Part shown: in pieces, positions 56,054 to 64,000 of the stretch | How positions within the stretch are numbered: position 1 is the first letter of the stretch | Layout: each line of letters starts with the position of its first letter | From: Azolla caroliniana | Lineage: Eukaryota; Plantae; Polypodiophyta | Assembly (NCBI GenBank): GCA_043228905.1 | Contig: JBHGNT010000006.1 | Span: 3,224,001-3,288,000 of the forward strand | DNA length: 64,000 nt | Direction of reading: 5' to 3' | Notes under the pieces: model-generated | Database searches by the model: none | Told to the model about the DNA's origin: nothing | Seen by the model: only the letters and a program-made list of their open reading frames with translations | Position numbers and translations under genes: made by a program

Positions 56054-59000
56054 ATGGATAATCCACCTCTTCATAATGCTAGTATTGGGAGCTCTTTGGA
56101 TATCCCTATCTTGCATGATAACGATAGATATGAACATGTAAAAGTGATCGGCTCGGGTAACTTCGGTGTCGCTCGGCTCATGCGCCACAAGGAATCGCAG
56201 GATCTCTTCGCAGTGAAATACATCGAGCGAGGCGAGAAGGTATGCAAAAGAATATTTTTCCTATGCCCCTTTATTTATTTATTACACACACACACACACA
56301 CACTTTAAGGTTTACATTTACCATTTCCCTGGGCATTCTTCTATATGGTCATGTTGAGGTTTCTGTGGCCATTCAATATAGCCATATCGGCGATTCCGTA
56401 CCCTTGCATTCGATGTGATCATTTTTGGGTTTCCATGGCCATTCTTCAATATAGTCATTTCGGGGTTTTGATGGCCATACAATATAATATGGGTATCAAG
56501 CTGATCTTAGACAGAGTTTCCACGGGGTTGTGTTGGATTTTTAATGATAGCCATTCACCATCATGTTGAGTTTTGACATAGCACAGCCATTCATCATCAG
56601 GTTGGGTTTTTACATCACCATAGAGCCAGGTTCCACAGCCATTGAATGTTCATGTTTCATTTTATCAACAGGCACCCATGATCATGATTCATAGTTGGGT
56701 GTGTTTATGACCATTAATTGTGATAATCTGGGATTTTCCATAGACACACAAACATCAGGTCCAAATGCCATTCGTTCATTGATATTTTTAGCAGCACAGA
56801 TGATGTTCATGGCTCTCTTGCAGATTGATGAGAATGTCACAAGAGAAATTATTAACCACAGGTCTCTGCGGCATCCAAACATAGTACGATTCAAAGAGGT
56901 ACTGACAAAGCAACATCATTTTGCTTCATATATTGCATGCATTAAAAAACTAGTCTATATTGCAAAACCATGTTTTTCTTGTGGGAAAATCATGAAAAAT
57001 AAGTCGGAGGTTTACTGAAATTAAAAAAGTCTCTCTCATGTCCCAAGCAGATTGTAGGAAACAATTTGCGATCCCATTAAGCTTATCTTTTGGAATTACA
57101 AAAGAGATAAAGGACACTATCAGTATCGATTTTTCTTAGTTTACCAAAACTACCAACTGACCTAAATATACTGTGGAAACTGATTTTTTGTCAACACATA
57201 TAATTTTGGACACCATGCACTTATAAAAGTTCAATTGCAATGTTAAATAGTACGTTTGCGGAAGATTCAAAATCAAGACAATCCTTTGAAAAGAAACTGA
57301 TTGCTTCCATATGATTGTTTTTTCAATCAATAGTTGAGAAATGAAAGGAATATGGATTTGTTAGCAAATATTGGTTATGTTCTTTAACATTAAATCAAAA
57401 TTTGAATTCCTAGAATCTCAAAAAGCTGCAAGATGATTCGAATTTAGTTAATCATCAAGCAAAATATTGAACAAATTGATTTTTTGGATGATAAGGAAAA
57501 CACTTCAAGCGTCCTTAAAAAAACTATTTCCTCGTCATTCCATTGCAACTGAGCCCAAATTTATAATTTTGGAACTTACTGTCCAGATTTATTTTTCTTT
57601 TGAAAAATCCTAAGGAAAGAATTTTACTAAGACTTATGATGCTCGTATTACAAAATATACTATATAATATAATCATGCTGCAATATATACATCTTTCCTT
57701 TTTGAATGATCAAGATTGTCATTTCATTTGTGTTTGCAGGTTTTCATTACACCTACCCATTTGGCTATAGTGATGGAATATGCAGCTGGTGGTGAGTTGT
57801 TTGAGCGCATTTCAAAGGCTGGGAGATTCAGCGAAGATGAGGTTAATCTTAAAAACAACCCAACCAAATATTCAGTTATCGGTGTTACTCTGGTGGTCTT
57901 TCTCTATGGAAAAATACCATACTAACTTGATGATGGTTTCATGCATTCAGGCACGTTTCTTCTTCCAACAACTCATCTCTGGTGTCAGCTATTGCCATAG
58001 CATGGTATGTCCATCTATACTATGCAAAATTATTTCAATCAATTGAATGAGGCCTTTTCTTTGTGGTAGATGCAATGTTTTTTTCTCGTTTGTCATGTCT
58101 TCTGTGAAACCTAGTTTTTAAAAATTCCCTAAATACTGTAAATCATAACATATTAACGAGAAAAAAACGTGAAGTAAAACAAAAGATCTTGGGTATATTG
58201 ATCTATTCGAGGAATGCAGAAATATACTTACTGGATTGAAATTCATTGAAATATGGCTTGTTTTTCTCCTTCTTATAGGCTGGATCATCATTTGATTAGC
58301 AACCGTGCTTGCGAAGTATTATGCCCTATTTTGAATTATTGTTATTATTTTCTCCTCAAGGAAGTGTGTCATCGAGACCTGAAGCTAGAGAACACATTAC
58401 TGGATGGAAGCCCCGCACCACGTCTAAAAATCTGTGATTTTGGCTACTCAAAGGTTTAATTGTGATTCTTTTGTCTGGGTTGAGTCACGCCAACATAATG
58501 GTAGATAGATAGATTTTTGATGACCCTGTTTCTGTTCACACAGTCATCTGTATTGCATTCACAACCAAAATCTACTGTTGGCACCCCTGCGTATATTGCT
58601 CCAGAAGTTCTGTCAAAGAAAGAGTACGATGGAAAGGTATTGCACATGTTATTTTTCAAATTATGTAGGCATACACCTATTCATACTCAATATGCACGTA
58701 CATGTACATATACTAAAGAAATGAATTCACATATGCAGTACATATGCATACCTATATGGTTATCCATATATATCTACATCTACATAACATACATATACAT
58801 CTGAATGTATACAATATGCATTTACAAGTTTCCCTTAAATTTCTTGACTTCACTTATTCAGATTGCAGACGTGTGGTCATGTGGTGTGACCTTATATGTG
58901 ATGCTTGTTGGAGCCTATCCATTTGAAGACCCTAAGGATCCTCGAAACTTCCGCAAAACCATTGGGGTAATGTTTATACATATTACTTAATCTGAGGACC

Positions 59001-60044
59001 TTGTAGGAAGGAAAGACGAGCATTGGGATTTTTGTACCTTTTTAAAACTATCTAGGAGTGGAACAAAATGTGTTTCAAGTTTTATCTGAATTGGGTTAAT
59101 TTTCTTCTTCTTCTTCTCTTCTCCAGAGGATCCTCAGTGTCCAATATGGAATTCCTGAGCATATTTCTCTCTCACCTGAGTGTCGGGACCTCCTTTCTCG
59201 AATTTTTTCCGGAAATCCTTCTGAAGTATGTGAGATCTAATCCTGAACCATGTTTTCTATTTTACCAAATATCCAAATCTAGATTATCAAAGATATTTAA
59301 TTGGGAAATCCTTAAACACAAAGAGATTGAGAGAGAAAGTAAATATATAAATAAATGAGTAATATTATTACTCTGTTGGCCTTCAAAGAGAAGAAAAAAA
59401 GATAAGTTATCCTTTCTGAAAGGCCCTGACATTGATATAAATCCTTTGCATGTCTAGGTTTAAAGAAGGAGAAGAAGAAAAACTGATATCTAAAAACATT
59501 ATTTCTAACATATATTAAAATTAGGGAAGTATCCTATGACTCTAGGTGTATATAAACTAAGTAATAAATTGAGTGATTTCGTAGGATATGAAAATTTTGA
59601 GTCTAAGAAAATGTTGGGCTAGTGCCTCAACTTCGTAATATTTATTAAAATCTCAAATGTCAGCTAGTAAAACTAGTAATATTCTTAAAACTTGTTTGGA
59701 TGTAGATTTGGATGGATCATTTCATTTTTGTTGTGGTTTTATGATGGAGTTTTGATTTTGATTTTGGACAGAGGATAAGCATGGGCGGAATAATGGCACA
59801 TCCATGGTTTCTAAAGAATTTGCCTGCTGACCTCATAGATAGTGCCAACCTCGGGTCAGAATATAGCACTGAAGCATCACAGAGTGTTGAAGAGATAAAT
59901 CGCATCGTTGCAGAAGCAAGGGTTCCTGGACCTGGTTTGGGCATTGGCCATTATTTTGCCGATGAAAGCTTTGATGTTGATGACATGGACTTTGACAATG
60001 ACCTCGATATCGAAAGTAGTGGGGAGTATGTATGTGCTATATAA
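56054..60044 (+). CDS. SnRK2: SNF1-related protein kinase 2 (subclass III/OST1-like), copy 2, 9 exons, 359 aa
   Basis: Exons 56054-56239, 56824-56898, 57740-57841, 57951-58004, 58361-58453, 58544-58636, 58862-58966, 59127-59225, 59772-60044, with GT-AG introns. Exon sizes are identical to copy 1 (186/75/102/54/93/93/105/99/273). Confidence 0.96.
56345..56745 (+). repeat. Degenerate ~30-35-bp minisatellite in SnRK2 copy 2 intron 1
   Basis: Recurrent TCATGTTGGGTTTTCCATGGCCATTCA-like units, the same family and gene-relative orientation as in copy 1. Confidence 0.65.
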
Positions 60045-60869
60045 TAATAACTCCCTTCACGTATTCACATGGAAAAGCTTCATCAAAAGCTCCTCGCCAT
60101 TACAAGCATCCAATATCTTTATGTCTTATTGTGAGTCTTCATTAATCAAGTTTTGATGTGTTGCTTGGGTCAAAGTATGCAAAATGTATTTGTGATTCTC
60201 CATTGTATGTGATAAATCGAGTCTGTTGGATCATGTCAAAGCATCACTTGCTTTCAAGGTAGTGGCCATAGTGTTTTCTTAAGTTTGATTAGCAGGGAGC
60301 ACTTACTGAAAAATTGATATTTTAGCAGGAAGCCTTACCATTTATATGATTATTTAAATTCGACATTTATGTGTGTGAACATTAATATTGACTTTGGTTG
60401 TTTACAAGCTTTTGTTAACACTGGCCTTGTTCAAGTACGAAAGTCATTCCTTATTCACTAGGAATATCAATATGTCGCAATTTAGTTTTCCTGTTCTTAT
60501 AGTACTGTGTGCCAAAAGCATCTAGAACAAAGTTTTCACATCTTTATGTTCTTTATGCTAGTTTTTTACATGACTAGTTGGACTAATAACACTAGATATG
60601 TAATTAAACTTGGTAAAAAGTAGCCTATTGTTAATTTGATGATAATGTGTGTTGTGAATATGGTGATTTGCTTGCAGTATATTGATATTTTCAGATGCAA
60701 CAAACGTTTGTGGGGAAAGTACTCAAAAGATAAGATATCTTTGGAAAAAGATACAAGTCCATCGTATAATATTAATGGATTCTTATTCTAATATTCTCTG
60801 TGTGGCATAGAATTATACAGTTGAGATATGAGTTCACGTGATGAGATAGTGCCATTCGAATTATCGAGT

Positions 60870-61790
60870 TCAGAGGAGATAGTGATGACTAGTAATGACT
60901 TGTTTGCCTTGCAGTGGACTAGATATAAACATTTTAGAGAATGAAGATGATGTACATGAAATTCTTAAAAGTACCGTCTGTAGCATGACAAATAATTTTG
61001 GCATGAATTCCAAAAAGTGTGTTATATAAATAAAGGCAAGGTAAAGACTTTTAATTATATCAATGTTGTGTAACAAAAGATATTGCCAAGTAAAGAGGAA
61101 ATTTGCAGGTGTCTCAAAATCTATGCTACTAAGAGCTTAGGATGTTAGGCCTCCTACCATAAATGATGCAGTTAGTTGATGAAGAGCCATATGATTATGG
61201 TTGTTGGATATAAATGTAAATCCTAAATGTTATAAAGGGAACTTTAGCTACCAAAAACGAGACTCACTTTATGTTGCAACTACTTGAAAGGCATTTCTCT
61301 GCAAGATCTTCAAACTGCAAGAAAGATATTTTGAAATCTTGATCAGAAATGTTTTCGTTGCAGTGATGATGCTAACTTATTGCATATGAAGGTGACAAAG
61401 GGTAAATGCCAATGGCTAGCTACCCTCTAATGTGTCTACATCAGTGTGAGAAGCCAAGAGGAAGTCCAATCAATGGAGGCATGTGCAACACGAGCTTCCA
61501 TTGTCATTACTAGAATTTATAACAGACAAACGTTGTTCATTTTTCCTTTGATTCAAACAATCAGAGGTGCCATGGCCTGGCTTCTTGCAATAATTACGAA
61601 TGCTTTTCTCACCACATTTGAGTTGGGTGGGTTTTGGGTCGTGGCAATGCCATCACTACTCAAATGCAAAACACTAGTCCTTAAATCTTTCATTCCATCA
61701 GCGGAATTATGTCTTTTCTTACGACATGTTCATCTTGCGTGCAACTCTTGTAGTAATAATATACATCATTGATTCATACTTCTAACATTA
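60870..61790 (-). pseudogene. Decayed Copia gag/protease remnant
   Basis: The minus strand gives RNYCKKPGHGTSDC (CCHC knuckle with C>R) at ~61555-61600, followed by *LDFLLASH resembling WILDSGASHH. Confidence 0.45.
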
Positions 61791-62249
61791 TGAATTGCAT
61801 TTCTAAAGTGCTCTTTCCTTCGAGAATAGCAAGAAACACAATAATGCCAAGCACCAAATTTAGGTGTCAGATATAATAATAAACTTCATTTTAACAATGC
61901 ATTGAATGCAAGTACTGAGCTCATCGTAAGAGGTAAGCCGAGACAATCCGAAATTGTCTCAAGATATCTTCAAATGTCTATATAATAAGTTACATGCTCC
62001 TCCTAAGCAAATCCATAAAAGCCATATATATATATATATATATAATTAAGATGATTAAAAGAATAATCAAAACAACTTATAAAACATTGTCCCCCTATAT
62101 ATACAACAACAATTCGATCACACAATCAACCTATCATTAGAATTGATTATTGGATTTCTGCATACCTTGGATCATCATCATCATTGTTGTACAAGGCCAC
62201 AAAAGAAAGAAAACAAATATTTTTGTCATGCTTTTTGTTTTTGCTCTTT

Positions 62250-64000
62250 TTACCTCCCTTGAGGATTCACAATGTGAGAGAAGAGAGCACTAGCTGAAGT
62301 CTCAGTCGAATTCTCACTAAACAAAGCTGAATTGCTACTTTGACTCACGGCCTTTGCACCCATTCCCTCGTACTCGTCCTCAATGACCTTCCCTTCACTA
62401 GCTATGTCCGTTTCATACTCAGGCGATGCCTCGTGTAACTGCAACGCATACTCCAAGTTCCACAACACATCACCCATACTCGGCCTATCCAACCCTGACT
62501 CTGCTATACATTTCTCTGCCGTCTCGGCAAACTTCTTCAAAGATTCGCTGCCAACTCTACCCTTGAGATATGGATCCATGATTTGATCTAACATGCCTTT
62601 CTTGTTATGAAACATCGCCCACTCCGCTAGGTTGACTTGGTCCCTCGGGAGGTTAGGGTTGATCGGTGGCCTTGCACACAGTACCTCTAACAAAACCACC
62701 CCAAACGAATAAACATCGGACTTCTCCGTCAGTTGCTGCCGTCGGTAATACTCGGGATCCAGGTACCCAAAACTACCCTTCACAGCTGTGCTCACGTGGG
62801 TTTGGTCGATCGTTATCCCCGTCTTCGAGAGCCCGAAATCCGAAACCTTTGCAACCATTTCCTCATCGAGCAAAATGTTGGTCGTCTTCACATCACGATG
62901 GATGATACCTTGGGCTGCCCCAGTGTGTAGGTAATGAAGACCTCGGGCCGAACCAATGCAAATCTCGAGTCGCTGTTTCCATGAGAGAGCCGGGTTCGAC
63001 GAGCCATAGAGGTGGCTCCTCAAGGGGCCACCACCCATGTATTCATAGACGAGAATCATCTCAGAATGATCCTCACAAAAGCCGATAAGCGAGACTAAGT
63101 GACGATGGCGGATCTTGGAGAGGAGATCTATTTCAGTGTTGAATTCTGCCACACCTTGCTCCGAGGTGGGATTACTTCGTTTCACGGCAACGGTAATAAT
63201 ATTGGCTTTATCGGTAGTGGTGGTCATCGTGGTTCCGTTGTCAATCAAACCTTTGTAAACCTTACCGAAACCCCCCACTCCGATGACCCAAGACTCGTCG
63301 AAGTTGTTGGTCATTTGAAGGATCTCAGAGATTCCGAAATAACGACAATCATTGGAAGGGGCAGTCGATGCATAGCTTCCCACCCCGCTTTTTCGGGACG
63401 TGCCTGATGACATCTTGCTTTGAGTGCTCTTCGAGTGGGTGGGCAAGTGGAGCCACGAAGGAGATGGGTGGGATGTGTTGCTATTGATCTTCTGCGATCT
63501 TCTCCTCCTCACACATACGAAGACAAGGCCGATGGCTGCAAGAGCTGCAAGAGATCCAACTACTCCGGCTATTATAGAAACTTTCTTGCTAGAACTAGAT
63601 GAAGACGAAGAAGTGGCCGCTTCCGAATTAGCGAAAGATGCTACATACGGGGGAGGGAGAGGACCTTGAAGGGATCCAGTCGATGAGTTTACTTTAAATA
63701 CTTCGAGCCCATTGAGAATGGCATTGAAGTATTCGGGTGTGGTGGCGTTGGTGGGTTGGAGTTGGACTTCGATCAATGAAGTATTGGAGATGTAGTAGTC
63801 TTTCGCGGTCGCCACGAACGGACCTTTGGTCACATCTATGACATCGAACTGCTGATCGGCAGTCTTATTATTGACGAAGATATTGAAGACCCGCTGATTG
63901 GGAATGGAGTACAGGAGCTCACAGAAGTGAAGGCGGATGTAGTAGGAGAAGCCGGGGTCGACGGAGAGGTTCCACGAGAGGTAGGACGCGAGGTTTACCG
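62250..64000 (-). CDS. CrRLK1L malectin-like receptor kinase (FERONIA/THESEUS1/HERK family), 5' part beyond the window
   Basis: The frame is open to the window edge. Motifs WNLSVDPGFSYYIRLHFCE and NAILNGLEVFK, TM segment IIAGVVGSLAALAAIGLVFVCV-RRRR, GVGGFGKVY, HRDVKTTN, THVSTAVKGSFGYLDPEY and C-terminus SALFSHIVNPQGR. Intronless. Confidence 0.95.
   Translation of the reverse strand, partial: VNLASYLSWNLSVDPGFSYYIRLHFCELLYSIPNQRVFNIFVNNKTADQQFDVIDVTKGPFVATAKDYYISNTSLIEVQLQPTNATTPEYFNAILNGLEVFKVNSSTGSLQGPLPPPYVASFANSEAATSSSSSSSSKKVSIIAGVVGSLAALAAIGLVFVCVRRRRSQKINSNTSHPSPSWLHLPTHSKSTQSKMSSGTSRKSGVGSYASTAPSNDCRYFGISEILQMTNNFDESWVIGVGGFGKVYKGLIDNGTTMTTTTDKANIITVAVKRSNPTSEQGVAEFNTEIDLLSKIRHRHLVSLIGFCEDHSEMILVYEYMGGGPLRSHLYGSSNPALSWKQRLEICIGSARGLHYLHTGAAQGIIHRDVKTTNILLDEEMVAKVSDFGLSKTGITIDQTHVSTAVKGSFGYLDPEYYRRQQLTEKSDVYSFGVVLLEVLCARPPINPNLPRDQVNLAEWAMFHNKKGMLDQIMDPYLKGRVGSESLKKFAETAEKCIAESGLDRPSMGDVLWNLEYALQLHEASPEYETDIASEGKVIEDEYEGMGAKAVSQSSNSALFSENSTETSASALFSHIVNPQGR

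Overview
Eukaryotic plant genomic DNA; a fern or other non-seed plant is my inference from its Tcn1-like and fungal-like Gypsy elements and RTE-X-like LINE. The left half is a young retrotransposon block. An intact Ty1/Copia (2359-7699) sits inside a 5'-truncated LINE. A large Athila-like Gypsy, element A (8427-31560), carries an extra ~978-aa ORF with its own TATA box. Two younger Gypsy elements are nested in A. Element B (9679-16803) has a tRNA-Trp PBS, a 4-bp TSD and a -1 frameshift after the protease. Element C (23744-29544) is a self-priming chromovirus with a heat-shock-element array and tRNA-like A/B boxes in its LTR. The right half holds degenerate LINE/LTR debris, two divergently oriented 9-exon SnRK2 kinase paralogues and the 3' part of an intronless CrRLK1L (FERONIA/THESEUS-like) receptor kinase. 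The most striking observation is that element A has no polypurine tract. Where the PPT should be, it carries a sense copy of a tRNA-Arg(UCU)-like 3' half ending in CCA 2 nt before the 3' LTR. This is an antisense PBS and suggests tRNA-primed plus-strand synthesis. All counts and alignments were done by eye, and tRNA comparisons are from recalled sequences.
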